Assembly: GCA_964609145.1 (NCBI GenBank)
Contig: CAZSRI010000006.1
Coordinates: 1 to 54,301 of the forward strand
Source: an uncultured Chloroflexota bacterium
GTDB lineage: Bacteria; Chloroflexota; Limnocylindria; P2-11E
DNA length: 54,301 bases
Direction: 5' to 3'
Under the pieces are notes generated by a model, which had not been told where the DNA came from, did no database searches, and saw nothing but the letters and a program-made list of their open reading frames with translations. The position numbers and the translations under genes were made by a program. Positions 26,668 through 36,658 of this stretch are shown here, one piece after another (the stretch's first letter is position 1; the number at the start of each line of letters is the position of its first letter).

Positions 26668-27489
26668 CTAGTACTGCCCGATCGTGCCGTGGACGCGGAC
26701 CCAGCGGTCCGCGCGCCGGAAGGTCCACAGCCCGAGCGGCACGATGAGCGTCGTCGTCACGAGCAGCAGCACGTGCTCGAGCCGCGGATCGACGATCGTC
26801 CGCGCCCCGATCGCGTCGCTGCGGAGGATCTCGACCGCCCAGGTCGTCGGGAGCAGCACGGCGACGACCTGGGCCGCCGGAGGCAGCACGCCGATCGGGA
26901 AGACGACGCCCGACGCCACGGCGAAGAGGAAGTTCGTCGTGTCGACCAGGAAGTTCGCCTCCTTCGCCAGCAGCACCATCGCGGCGACGAGGTAGCCGAT
27001 CCCCACCATCGCGGCGAGCGCGACGAGCACCGCGGGCACCGCCCAGAGCGCTTCGGGACGCAGTCGCAGGCCGAAGAAGGCGATGCCGATCGCGAAGAGG
27101 ATCGCCTGGACGAGCCCGATGACGAGCACGCCCTGGATCGCACGCCCCAGGACGAGCGTCTCACGGCCTGTGGGCGTCAGCCAGGAGGCCTCGAGCGTGC
27201 CCTGCTCCATCTCGGTCCGCAGCGACATCGCCATGGTCCAGAACGCGACGGAGACGATCGCGCTGATGACTCCGCCCATGAAGAGGAATCCAGCGAGGTC
27301 CTCGGTGCCGAGCGACGCCGCGAGGCCGATCTGCCGCCCGCCGACGGCGAAGGACGCGCCGAAGAGGAACGCGGGGATGATCCCCTGGTACAGAGGGCTG
27401 AAGATGAGCGACGGCAGCCAGAGCCTGTACCGGAATACCGTGCGCAGGTCCTTACGCGCGATCGCCCACGCCGCGCGCAGCTCGTCCAT
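26668..27489 (-). CDS. ABC-2 type transporter permease
   Basis: EMEQGTLE, SGVVFPI..LP, LPTTW; about 6 TMs. Confidence 0.88.
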   Translation of the reverse strand: MDELRAAWAIARKDLRTVFRYRLWLPSLIFSPLYQGIIPAFLFGASFAVGGRQIGLAASLGTEDLAGFLFMGGVISAIVSVAFWTMAMSLRTEMEQGTLEASWLTPTGRETLVLGRAIQGVLVIGLVQAILFAIGIAFFGLRLRPEALWAVPAVLVALAAMVGIGYLVAAMVLLAKEANFLVDTTNFLFAVASGVVFPIGVLPPAAQVVAVLLPTTWAVEILRSDAIGARTIVDPRLEHVLLLVTTTLIVPLGLWTFRRADRWVRVHGTIGQY

Positions 27490-28328
27490 CAGTACCGGCT
27501 GAGCGCGCCGGTGCGGCGCGCGTCGCGCTCGATCCACGAGTAGACGGCGACGGCGAGCACGGCCATGAGCGCCGTGAGGCCGACGAGCAGGGCGAGGTCG
27601 CCGACCATCGAGGAGAGCGGCGCGCCGGCGAGGAGCGCCGCGCGCACGTCCGAGACGACGTAGGTCGTCGGCATGGCCGAGGCGGTCGCGCGGGCCCAGT
27701 CTGGAAGCATCGCGAGCGGATACGTGATCCCGGCGAGCAGCACGAGGATCCCGCGCACGAACTGCACCGTCGGGCCGATCTCGCCGAACTTCAGCACGAG
27801 CGCGGCGAAAAGCGACGAGAGCGCGTACATGGCTGGGATGCCGACGACGGCGACGACGCCCGCGCGACCGAGCGCGTCGGGCGGCAGCTCGACGCCGAAC
27901 AGCACCCGCAAGCCGACGACCATGACGACGCCCTGGACGAGGACCGGCCACGCCGTCGCGACGGGTGGCCCGAAGAGGATCACGAGGCGCGACGCCGGCG
28001 TGAGAAGCAGCGACTCGAGCGTGCCCCGGAGCTGCTCCTGGCGCAGCTGCGTGCCGGGTCCCCACAGGAACAGGCTCAGCCACATGTAGATGAAGAAGCC
28101 GACGAAGACGAACCCGGCCACGTCCGTCGTCCCGGTGCGTGAGGCGAACGCGCTCATCGCCTGCGCCGAGCCTCCGGAGTACACGCGTCCGAGCAGCACA
28201 TACACGCTCGGCAAGAGGATCGGCCAGAACAGCGAGCCGACGACGAGCATCGGGTAGCGGCGGATCTGACGCAGCTCCTTGCGCACGGCCGCGACGAACG
28301 CGCGCGCGTCGCCCGCCAGCCACCTCAT
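27489..28328 (-). CDS. ABC-2 type transporter permease
   Basis: EQLRGTLESLLLTP, AGITYPL..LP. Confidence 0.88.
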   Translation of the reverse strand: MRWLAGDARAFVAAVRKELRQIRRYPMLVVGSLFWPILLPSVYVLLGRVYSGGSAQAMSAFASRTGTTDVAGFVFVGFFIYMWLSLFLWGPGTQLRQEQLRGTLESLLLTPASRLVILFGPPVATAWPVLVQGVVMVVGLRVLFGVELPPDALGRAGVVAVVGIPAMYALSSLFAALVLKFGEIGPTVQFVRGILVLLAGITYPLAMLPDWARATASAMPTTYVVSDVRAALLAGAPLSSMVGDLALLVGLTALMAVLAVAVYSWIERDARRTGALSRY

Positions 28329-29149
28329 TCGCGCAGGGCGTGCCCGGTGAGGTTGATGAACGCGTCTTCGAGCGTCGGCACGTGGACGACCTGCTCGACG
28401 CGCTCGTGTCCGGCGAACTCGCGCTTCAGCGCGGCCGGCGTGTCGAGCGCGACGATCCGGCCGTGGTCGACGATCGCGACGCGGTCGCAGAGCTGGTCGG
28501 CCTCCTCCATGTAGTGCGTCGTGAGGAGGACCGTGCGCCCCTGCCGGCGCAGCTCGCGGACGCGCTCGCGCAGATCGCGCGCCGCCTGCGGGTCGAGCCC
28601 GACCGTCGGCTCGTCGAGGATGAGGAGCGGCGGGTCCGGCAGCAGCGCGCGAGCGAGCGCGAGGCGCTGCCGCATCCCGGTCGAATAGCGCTCGACGTAG
28701 TCCTCGGCGCGGTCGGCGAGGTGCACCTCCGCCAGCGCGCGATCGATCCGCGCACGCGTGTCCTTCGGCGGCACGTGATAGAGCGCGGCGAAGTACTCGA
28801 GGTTCTCGCGCGCCGTGAGCTTCCAGTACAGGCTCCGCTCACCCGAGAGCATGGCCCCGAGGCGCGCGCGGACCTCGCGGGGCCGCTCGCGGACGTCGAT
28901 GCCGAGGACGCGCGCCTCGCCGCTCGTGGGCTCGAGCAACGTGGCGAGCATCCGCAGCGTCGTCGTCTTCCCCGCCCCGTTCGGGCCGAGCACGCCGAAG
29001 ATCTCGCCGGGCTCGACCCGCAGGTCGATGCCGTCCACGGCGCGGAAGCGCTCGCGGCGGTCGGGCTCGCCCCGGAGCCTCTGCCAGAGCGTGCGGCGCC
29101 CCTTCTCGAACTCCTTCGTCAGCGCGCGGGTCTCGATGGCCCAGATCAT
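28325..29149 (-). CDS. ABC-2 (DrrA-like) ATP-binding protein
   Basis: GPNGAGKTT, YSTGMRQR, LDEPT.GLD, TTHYMEEA. Confidence 0.93.
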   Translation of the reverse strand: MIWAIETRALTKEFEKGRRTLWQRLRGEPDRRERFRAVDGIDLRVEPGEIFGVLGPNGAGKTTTLRMLATLLEPTSGEARVLGIDVRERPREVRARLGAMLSGERSLYWKLTARENLEYFAALYHVPPKDTRARIDRALAEVHLADRAEDYVERYSTGMRQRLALARALLPDPPLLILDEPTVGLDPQAARDLRERVRELRRQGRTVLLTTHYMEEADQLCDRVAIVDHGRIVALDTPAALKREFAGHERVEQVVHVPTLEDAFINLTGHALRE

Positions 29150-29553
29150 TCGACGAAGATCTCGACGTGGTCCTCTTCGTCGCTGATGTCGACGATGCGG
29201 CCGGCGGTCTCGATCTGCTTCAGCAGCTCGTCGAGGTCGATCCCGAACTTCTGCAGGCGCCCGCGCACGAGGCCGCCGGCGCCGCCGCGCATCCCGATCC
29301 GCGCGATCGCGAGCGGGATCGTGACGTTCACCTTCTGCCGGTCGCCCGACGTCACGCGGATGCGCAGGACCCGGCCGCGCGTCGCCGGTCCGGGCTCGCC
29401 GGCCCAGCCGGACGGCGGCGGAGGCGGGGGCGGCGGAGGCGACGCCGGCGGATCCACGTCGCCGAGCGCCCGCAGCAGGCGGTAGGCCTGCTCCGCGTCG
29501 ATCTTCCCCGCCGCCAGCAGCTCGAGGATCTGGCGCCCCTCCTCACTCGGCAT
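29146..29553 (-). CDS. SHOCT-like domain protein (DUF2089-associated)
   Basis: N-terminal ILELLAAGKIDAEQAYRLL; C-terminal LRIRV...VNVTIPL...VEIFVE. Confidence 0.8.
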   Translation of the reverse strand: MPSEEGRQILELLAAGKIDAEQAYRLLRALGDVDPPASPPPPPPPPPSGWAGEPGPATRGRVLRIRVTSGDRQKVNVTIPLAIARIGMRGGAGGLVRGRLQKFGIDLDELLKQIETAGRIVDISDEEDHVEIFVE

Positions 29554-29556
29554 CGC

Positions 29557-30714
29557 TCACGCGCTCCTTCGCGCATCGAGGGCCGCGGCCGCCTCGTCCA
29601 CGCCGATCTCACCATTCGCGAGGCGCTCGAGGATCTCGCGCGCGCCGGGCGCCGCGGGCGCCTCGGCGCGCGCCTCCGCGGGGTACGCCGGCTGTTCCGC
29701 CGACGCCTGCGGCTCCGCCTCGACGGGCGTCTCGCGGGCAGCGCGCACCTTGAGGTCGCCCGACACCGACTTCACGCGCAGCCGGGGCCCGCCGGCGCCG
29801 ACGAAGATCCGCCGGTCGCGCCGGCCCTCCTTCTCGACGCGCGCCGGGATCTCGACGTCGGCGTCGCCGGACACGGTCCGGAACTCGATCTCGGCGTTCG
29901 CGTCGCCGAGCGCGAGCTCGACGTCGCCGCTCACGGTCTTGAGACGTGGCTCGCCCGACATCTCGGCGAGGTAGACCGCGTCGATGTCGATGTCGCCGCT
30001 CACCGTCACGACGTCCGGCATCCGGACGCGTGAGCGCACGACGTCCACGTCGCCGCTCGTCGAGTTCGCCTCGAGCCGGCCGGCATACGAGCCGATGTCG
30101 ATGTCGCCGCTCACGGTGCGCACGCGCATGGGGCCCTGCACGTCGGTCACGTCGATCTCGCCCGAGACGGTCTGGAGCTCGATCGGGCCGCGGAGCCCCG
30201 CCACATCCACGTCGCCGCTCACGCCGCGCACGAGGAGCTGCGTCTCGCGGGGGACGCGCACCTCGAGATCGACGCCGACGCGTCCGCCCCGGAAGAGGTC
30301 GAGCCAGCCACGCTCCTGCTCGAACAGGCGCGGCTCGACGACGATCTGGTCGCCGTGCTGCTCCATGCGGATCTCGACGTTCTCGAGGAGACGCCGCGCG
30401 CGCTCCTCGCTCCAGCCGCGCACGTGCTTCCGCGCGCGCACGAACACCTCGTCGGCCTCGCCCACGGTGACGTTCGTCTCGCCCGAGACGTTCCCGAGCT
30501 GCACCTTCGGCATGCCCGCGACGGTGAACCGCCGTTCCTCGGTGTCGCTCACCTCGGCGCCGCCCTCGGCATCCGCGTCGAAGCCGAACGACCAGCTCCC
30601 GATGCCGCGGCGGATCCCGTGTCGCATACCGCGGCGGAGGCCGCGCTCGACCTGTGCCCGGATCTGCTCGCCGAGCTCGTCCGGGTCCGGTCCGTGGTCC
30701 TCGTGCCCGCTCAT
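29557..30714 (-). CDS. DUF4097 (Toastrack) beta-strand repeat protein with C-terminal SHOCT-like motif
   Basis: Multiple TVSGD repeats; ILERLANGEIGVDEA tail. Confidence 0.85.
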   Translation of the reverse strand: MSGHEDHGPDPDELGEQIRAQVERGLRRGMRHGIRRGIGSWSFGFDADAEGGAEVSDTEERRFTVAGMPKVQLGNVSGETNVTVGEADEVFVRARKHVRGWSEERARRLLENVEIRMEQHGDQIVVEPRLFEQERGWLDLFRGGRVGVDLEVRVPRETQLLVRGVSGDVDVAGLRGPIELQTVSGEIDVTDVQGPMRVRTVSGDIDIGSYAGRLEANSTSGDVDVVRSRVRMPDVVTVSGDIDIDAVYLAEMSGEPRLKTVSGDVELALGDANAEIEFRTVSGDADVEIPARVEKEGRRDRRIFVGAGGPRLRVKSVSGDLKVRAARETPVEAEPQASAEQPAYPAEARAEAPAAPGAREILERLANGEIGVDEAAAALDARRSA

Positions 30715-31097
30715 GTCCTTCCCTCCAGGAGCGCCGCCGCGTCGTCCGGTCCGATCCGCCCCTCGGCGAGCTGGCGCAGGATCTCCTTCCGCCGCTCCGC
30801 CTCGGCCTCGCGGTCCGGCTCGACCTCGGTCTGGTATCCGAGCGCGCGGATCACCGCATCGAGGCGCGAACGCAACGTCGGATAGGAGAGGCCGACCTCG
30901 CGCTCGAGATCCTTGAAGTTGCCGCGCGCGCGGATGAACGCTTCGATGAACTCGAGCTGCTCGGGGGTGAGCGAGTGGAACCGGCCGAGCGAGAAGCTCC
31001 CCTCCAGCCGCGTGCCGCAGCTCCCGCACTCCAGGCGCACCACCCGCAGCTGCGCCGAGCAGATGGGGCATCTGCCGATGACCGCGGGCTCGCTCAT
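30711..31097 (-). CDS. DUF2089 protein (Zn ribbon, HTH, SHOCT-like tail)
   Basis: CPIC..CGSC, FI.ARGNFK.LERE.G.SYPT.R.RLD. Confidence 0.9.
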   Translation of the reverse strand: MSEPAVIGRCPICSAQLRVVRLECGSCGTRLEGSFSLGRFHSLTPEQLEFIEAFIRARGNFKDLEREVGLSYPTLRSRLDAVIRALGYQTEVEPDREAEAERRKEILRQLAEGRIGPDDAAALLEGRT

Positions 31098-31198
31098 GCG
31101 CCCGTTCTGCGCGTCACCTCAACGATCGTCAAGTCGATCTGCGCGTTATGTAGCCAAGATCACGTATCGTTGAACCAGCCGCCTGGGGGGACGCTCGG

Positions 31199-33127
31199 CT
31201 ACGCGATGGCGTTCTTGATGCGTTGCGCGAGCGCGGGGCCCACGCCCGCGACCGCAGCGACCTCGCTCGCCTGCGCCTCACGGATGCCCTTCACCGAGCC
31301 GAACCGCCGCAGGAGCGCGCGCTTCCGTGCCGGTCCGACGCCGGCGATCTCGTCGAGCACGGATCGCACGGCCCGCCGGCCACGCAGCTTCTGGTGGTAC
31401 GTGACGGCGAAGCGGTGCGCCTCGTCGCGGACGCGCTGCAGCAGGTGGTACGCGGGGCTGCCGGGCGCGAGGGGGATCGGGTCGCCACGGTCGGGCACGA
31501 ACACCTCCTCGGGCTTCGTGCGCACGTCGCCGTCGCCGGAGACCAGGCGCCTCTCCTTCGCGAGCGCGACGACCGGGATCTGGAGCAGGCCGAGGTCCGA
31601 GAGCGCGCCGCGCGCGGCCGCGAGCTGCCCCTTCCCGCCGTCGATCACGACGAGCTCGGGGACGGGCCAGGAGTCGTCCTTTCCCGCGCGCGAGAAGCGA
31701 CGGCGGATCGTATCGCGCATGTTCGCGAAGTCGTCGTTGCGGTCGCCGAGCTTCGCGCGGAACCTCCGGTACTGCTCCTTCGCGGGCCTGCCGTCCTCGA
31801 ACACGACCATCGACGAGACGACGTCGGTCCCCTGGACGTGGCTCACGTCGTAGCACTCGATGCGCTTCGGCGGGCCCTCCAGCCCGACATGCTGCCGCAA
31901 CGCGGCCTGGAGCTGCACGAGGGCCTCCTGCGTCTTGCCGCGGTCGGCGAGCCAGCGCACGCGCTCCTGCCGCAGCGCGTCCTCCGCGTTGCGGGTCGCG
32001 AGCTCGACGAGGTGCCGCTTCCGCCCGCGCTGCGGCACGAGGGCGCGCACCCTCCCGCCGCGGCGCTGCTCCGCGAACGCGATGAAGGCCTCGGCCTCGG
32101 CGACGGGCTCCGCGCTCGCGACCTCGGGCGGGATCTCCGAGGAGGCCGAGTAGAACTGGCGAACGAACGATGCCAGGACCTCGGCCACCGTCGCTCCCTC
32201 CGATCCCTCGAGGAAGAAGTGGTCGCGGCCGACGATCGTGCCGTCGCGCACGCGGAAGATCTGCACCGCGGCATCGCCCTGCTCGACCGCGACGCCGAAC
32301 ACGTCGAGATCGTCGCCCGCGTACGCGTGCACCTCCTGCCGCTCGACGGTGCGCTCGATCGCGCGGAGGCGGTCGCGCAGCTCCGCCGCGCGCTCGAAGT
32401 CGAGCGCGTTCGAGGCTGCGGACATCTCCGTCCGCAGCTCGCGCGCGAGCGGCGCGTAGCGGCCCTCGAGGAACAGGACGCTGCGGTCGATCGCCGCGCG
32501 GTAGTCGGCCGCGGTCGTGTGTCCGACGCACGGTGCCGTGCACCGCTTCAGGTGGTAGAGGAGGCACGGCCGGCCGCCCGGCAGCGCGGAGGGCGGGACG
32601 GTGCGGCCACGGCCGTCCCCGCCCGCGACGATCGTGAGGGTGCACGTCCGGTACGGGAACAGCTTCTGGAGGAGGTCGAGCGAGTCGTCGACGGCCTTCG
32701 CGTTCGCGTACGGTCCGAAGTAGCGCGCGGTCCGGTCGCCGAGCTGGCGCGTGCGGAGGATGCGCGGGAAGTCCTCGCCGAGCGTCACCTTCACGTAGGG
32801 GTAGGACTTGTCGTCCTTGAGGCGGATGTTGTAGCGCGGCCGGTGCTGCTTGATGAGGTTCGCCTCGAGGAGGAACGCCTCGGCGATGCTGCCCGTGACC
32901 ACGTGCTCGACGCGCTCCGCGCGCTCGATGAGGCGGACGTGCCGGACGTCGAGGCTCGGCCCGAGGTAGCTGCGGACGCGGTCACGCAGCGCGTCCGCCT
33001 TGCCCACGTAGAGCACGCGCCCGCGGCCGTCCTTGAAGAGGTAGACGCCCGGCGACTCGGGCAGGCTCGCGACCTGGGCCTCGAGGGACTCCCTGTTGGA
33101 CCTGGTCATCGCTCTGCCTTGCGCCAT
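31199..33127 (-). CDS. uvrC: Excinuclease ABC subunit C
   Basis: PGVYLF..LYVGKA, PRYNI.LKDDKSYPY, RIECYD.S, IDGGKGQL, RDEAHRFA, HhH. Confidence 0.97.
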   Translation of the reverse strand: MAQGRAMTRSNRESLEAQVASLPESPGVYLFKDGRGRVLYVGKADALRDRVRSYLGPSLDVRHVRLIERAERVEHVVTGSIAEAFLLEANLIKQHRPRYNIRLKDDKSYPYVKVTLGEDFPRILRTRQLGDRTARYFGPYANAKAVDDSLDLLQKLFPYRTCTLTIVAGGDGRGRTVPPSALPGGRPCLLYHLKRCTAPCVGHTTAADYRAAIDRSVLFLEGRYAPLARELRTEMSAASNALDFERAAELRDRLRAIERTVERQEVHAYAGDDLDVFGVAVEQGDAAVQIFRVRDGTIVGRDHFFLEGSEGATVAEVLASFVRQFYSASSEIPPEVASAEPVAEAEAFIAFAEQRRGGRVRALVPQRGRKRHLVELATRNAEDALRQERVRWLADRGKTQEALVQLQAALRQHVGLEGPPKRIECYDVSHVQGTDVVSSMVVFEDGRPAKEQYRRFRAKLGDRNDDFANMRDTIRRRFSRAGKDDSWPVPELVVIDGGKGQLAAARGALSDLGLLQIPVVALAKERRLVSGDGDVRTKPEEVFVPDRGDPIPLAPGSPAYHLLQRVRDEAHRFAVTYHQKLRGRRAVRSVLDEIAGVGPARKRALLRRFGSVKGIREAQASEVAAVAGVGPALAQRIKNAIA

Positions 33128-33216
33128 GCGAAGGTCACCGTTCCAGCATATGCAGCGGGGAGGACTATCCTTTCGTCACGTACTAGAGCGGTCCCGAATG
33201 GTGAGAAGGGGAGACC

Positions 33217-34002
33217 ATGGCCACTAAGGTCGCACGACGCTCCGTTCAGTCCGTCGACCGCGCGCTCGACCTTCTCGAGGCGCTCGCGACCTCGGAAGGC
33301 GAGGTCTCGATCACGTCGCTCGCGAACCGTACGTCGCTCCATGTCAGCACCGTCCACCGCCTGCTCACGACGCTCCTCCGGCGCGGGTACGTCCGCCAGA
33401 ACCCGGAGACGAGCCGCTACTTCACCGGCGCGAAGCTCGCGACGCTCGCCGAAGGGCGCTCGCGCTTCAACGAGCTCCGTCTCCGGGCGCGTCCGATCCT
33501 GCGCGGGCTCACCGAGCAGACCCGCGAGACCGCGAACCTCGTCGTGCTCGACGACGTCATGGCGGTCTACATCGAGACCGTGCCGAGCCCGCAGGTCGTG
33601 CGCATGTTCACGACGCTCGGCAACCGCGTCCCGCTCCACGCGACCGGCGCGGGCAAGGCGCTCCTCGCGGCACTGCCGCCCGATCGCCGCGACGGGCTCA
33701 TCGAGCGGACGGAGCTGCGCGCGTACACGGCGCGGACGATCGTCGAGAAGCCCTCGCTGCGGCGCGCGCTCGAGGAGATCCGCGAGCGCGGGTTCGCCAT
33801 CGACGACGAGGAGTTCGACGAGGGCGTCCGCTGCGTCGCGGTGGCCGTCGGACCGGTCGGCTCGCCCATCGCGGCGATCTCGGTCTCCGCGCCGGCGAGC
33901 CGCATGACTCGGCAGCGCTGCGCCGAGCTCGCGCCGCTCCTCCGCCGCGCCAGCACCGAGCTCGCCGAGGCGATGCGCGACCAGTCCCGCGCGCTCGCCT
34001 AA
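33217..34002 (+). CDS. IclR family transcriptional regulator
   Basis: VQSVDRAL, STVHRLL, HATGAGK, FAIDDEE..EGVRC. Confidence 0.94.
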   Translation: MATKVARRSVQSVDRALDLLEALATSEGEVSITSLANRTSLHVSTVHRLLTTLLRRGYVRQNPETSRYFTGAKLATLAEGRSRFNELRLRARPILRGLTEQTRETANLVVLDDVMAVYIETVPSPQVVRMFTTLGNRVPLHATGAGKALLAALPPDRRDGLIERTELRAYTARTIVEKPSLRRALEEIRERGFAIDDEEFDEGVRCVAVAVGPVGSPIAAISVSAPASRMTRQRCAELAPLLRRASTELAEAMRDQSRALA

Positions 34003-34028
34003 CGCGGTCGAGGGGCGGAGCGATCGCG

Positions 34029-35501
34029 GTGCAAGGATCCGGATCCGAAGCGGCCTTCGAGGCTCGCGCAACGCGCTTCCAAGGCTCCGCACTCGGTCGC
34101 CGTCTCGTCGACCTCCTCGGTGAGACGAAGGTGCTCTGGGAGCCCGGGGACATGCTCCTCTACGAGTACGACGGCGCCGTCGACACCGCGACGCCCGACG
34201 CCGTCGTGCTGCCGACCGAGACCGCCGACGTCGCGAAGCTCGCGCGCTTCTGCGCCGACCACGGCATCCCGCTCGTTCCCCGGGGCGCGGGCACCGGCCT
34301 CTCGGGCGGCTCGATCCCGGTGTTCGGCGGCGTCGTCATCTCGTTCGCACGGATGGCGCGCATCCTCGAGATCGACACGGCGGATCTGCGTGCCGTGGTG
34401 CAGCCTGGGCTCATCAACCTGCACCTGTCGACCGCGGTCGCGCCCTTCGGGCTCCACTACGTCCCCGATCCGTCGAGCCAGAAGGCGTGCACGCTCGGCG
34501 GGAACGTCGCCGAGAACTCCGGCGGGCCGCACACGCTCGCCTACGGCGTGACGACGAACCACGTCACGGGCCTCGAGGTGGTCCTCTCCGACGGCACCAT
34601 CGTGCGGCTCGGCGGGAAGGCGATGGAGAACGAGGGGTACGACCTCGTCGGCACGTTCGTCGGCAGCGAAGGGACGCTCGGGATCGTCACGGAGATCACG
34701 GTGAAGCTCACGCCGATCCCGGAGGACCGCCGCACCATCTTCGCCGCGTTCCCGGCGATGGATCAGGCGTCGGAGGCCGTGTCCGCGATCATCGCGAGCG
34801 GGATCGTGCCCGCGGCGATCGAGATGATGGACCAGCTCGCGACCGAGGCCGTCGAGGCCGCGGTGCACGCGGGCTACCCGCTCGACGCCGAGGGGATCCT
34901 GCTCGTCGAGGTCGACGGCGTCCGCGAGGGGCTCGACGAGCAGCGCGAGCGCATCGAGGCGATCTGCCGCGCGCAGGGCGCGACGACGATCCGCGTCGCG
35001 GCGAACGCGCTCGAGCGCGAGCGGTTGTGGGCGGGCCGCAAGGGCGCGTTCGCGGCCATGGGCCGCCTCGCGCCGGACTACTACGTCCAGGACGGGGTCA
35101 TCCCGCGCACGCGGCTCCCGGAGATCCTCCGCCACGTGCGGACCGTCGGCGAGCGGCACGGCGTGCGCATCGCGAACGTGTTCCACGCGGGCGACGGCAA
35201 CCTCCACCCGCTCATCCTCTTCGACGGCTCGGCCGGCGAGGGCGTGCTCGAGGACGTGAAGGAGGCCGGGCTCGAGATCGTCGGAGCGTGCGTCGAGGCC
35301 GGCGGCTCGCTCACCGGCGAGCACGGGATCGGGATGGAGAAGAACTGCTACATGCCGATCCAGTTCTCGAAGGACGACCTCGCGGCGATGCGGCGTCTGA
35401 AGGGCGCCTGGGACCCGCTCGGGATCATGAACCCGGGCAAGGTCTTCCCCACTCCCGGACGGTGCAAGGAGTTCGACCTGCGGAAGCGCGGCGGCAGTTG
35501 A
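34029..35501 (+). CDS. glcD: Glycolate oxidase FAD subunit
   Basis: RGAGTGLSGG, PDPSSQ, ENSGGPH, GSEGTLG, HAGDGNLHP, GEHGIG. Confidence 0.92.
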   Translation: MQGSGSEAAFEARATRFQGSALGRRLVDLLGETKVLWEPGDMLLYEYDGAVDTATPDAVVLPTETADVAKLARFCADHGIPLVPRGAGTGLSGGSIPVFGGVVISFARMARILEIDTADLRAVVQPGLINLHLSTAVAPFGLHYVPDPSSQKACTLGGNVAENSGGPHTLAYGVTTNHVTGLEVVLSDGTIVRLGGKAMENEGYDLVGTFVGSEGTLGIVTEITVKLTPIPEDRRTIFAAFPAMDQASEAVSAIIASGIVPAAIEMMDQLATEAVEAAVHAGYPLDAEGILLVEVDGVREGLDEQRERIEAICRAQGATTIRVAANALERERLWAGRKGAFAAMGRLAPDYYVQDGVIPRTRLPEILRHVRTVGERHGVRIANVFHAGDGNLHPLILFDGSAGEGVLEDVKEAGLEIVGACVEAGGSLTGEHGIGMEKNCYMPIQFSKDDLAAMRRLKGAWDPLGIMNPGKVFPTPGRCKEFDLRKRGGS

Positions 35502-36658
35502 TCGCCGCGGCCGCGCTCCGACCCGTCGATCCCGCCGCATGCGCGCTCGAGCTACGGCGCCTCGCCGACGAGCGCCACACGGTGCGGATCCGCGGCGGCG
35601 GGACGAAGGACCACCTCGGCGAGCACCGGCCGACCGACGCCGTCCTCGACACGACGGCGATGTGCGGGGTCGTCGACCACGTGCCGGCCGATCTCACCGT
35701 CACCGTCGCGGCGGGCACCCGCTTCGGCGAGGTGCAGCGCGCGCTCGGCGAGCGGGGGCAGTGGATCCCGCTCGACCCGCCCTTCGCCGAGGCCGCGACG
35801 CTCGGCGGCATCGTCGCGGCGCGCAGCGAGGGCTTCGGCGGCCTGCGCTATGGCGGCGTCCGCGACCTGCTCATCGGCGCGACGACCGCGCTCGCCGACG
35901 GGACGGTCGCGCGGAGCGGCGGCCGCGTGGTGAAGAACGTCGCGGGGTACGACCTGAACAAGCTCCTCATCGGCTCGCTCGGCACGCTCGGGGTCATCGC
36001 CGAGGTGACGTTCAAGGTGCTTCCGCTCCCGGCAGCGGGGGACCTCGTCGTCGCGCGCTGCCGGGATGCGCTCGGCGCGTTCGCGATCGCGGACGCGCTC
36101 CTGCGCACATCGATCCGGCCGTCCGCGCTCGTCGTCGAGGGGACGCGCGCGGGCTGGAGCGCGTGGGTCGAGGCGCAGGGTCCGGCCGCGCAGGTCCGAC
36201 GCGCGACCGACGAGACGCGGCAGCTCGCCCACCAGGGATCGGCCCACGTCGAGGAGGGCGACGCCGCGGCGCTGGCGGCGCTGCGCGAGCTGCCGGCGAC
36301 CGCGACGGAGGGCGCGCTCCTCCGCGTGGCGCTCCCCCTCGGCGCGATGCGGTCGTACGCGGAGAGCGCGACGGCGTTCGAGACGTTCACGTATCTCGTC
36401 GCCGACGCCGGCACGGGGCTCGTGCGCATCCATCTCCGCGGCGACGACGCGGCGGTGCTCCGCGCGGCCGACACGCTCCTGAGCGCCGCGGCCGCCGTCG
36501 GCGGGAGCGCGCGCGTCGAGCGGCGCGACGCCGCGCTGCGCGACCGGCTCGGCGCGTGGGCAGCGGCGCGCCCTGCGGGCGACTTCCTCATGCGGCGGAT
36601 CAAGGACGCGTTCGACCCCCTGGGCATCCTCGAGCCGGGCAGGTCGATCGTTGGCTAG
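35498..36658 (+). CDS. glcE: Glycolate oxidase subunit GlcE
   Basis: TTG start in a TTGA overlap; SGGRVVKNVAGYDL.KL..GSLGTLG; KDAFDP. Confidence 0.9.
   Translation: MIAAAALRPVDPAACALELRRLADERHTVRIRGGGTKDHLGEHRPTDAVLDTTAMCGVVDHVPADLTVTVAAGTRFGEVQRALGERGQWIPLDPPFAEAATLGGIVAARSEGFGGLRYGGVRDLLIGATTALADGTVARSGGRVVKNVAGYDLNKLLIGSLGTLGVIAEVTFKVLPLPAAGDLVVARCRDALGAFAIADALLRTSIRPSALVVEGTRAGWSAWVEAQGPAAQVRRATDETRQLAHQGSAHVEEGDAAALAALRELPATATEGALLRVALPLGAMRSYAESATAFETFTYLVADAGTGLVRIHLRGDDAAVLRAADTLLSAAAAVGGSARVERRDAALRDRLGAWAAARPAGDFLMRRIKDAFDPLGILEPGRSIVG

Noticed and set aside
29750-30500. Recurring GTCGCCGCTCAC-like repeats as a possible CRISPR array
   Set aside because: They encode the TVSGD repeats of the DUF4097 protein; short, degenerate and in frame
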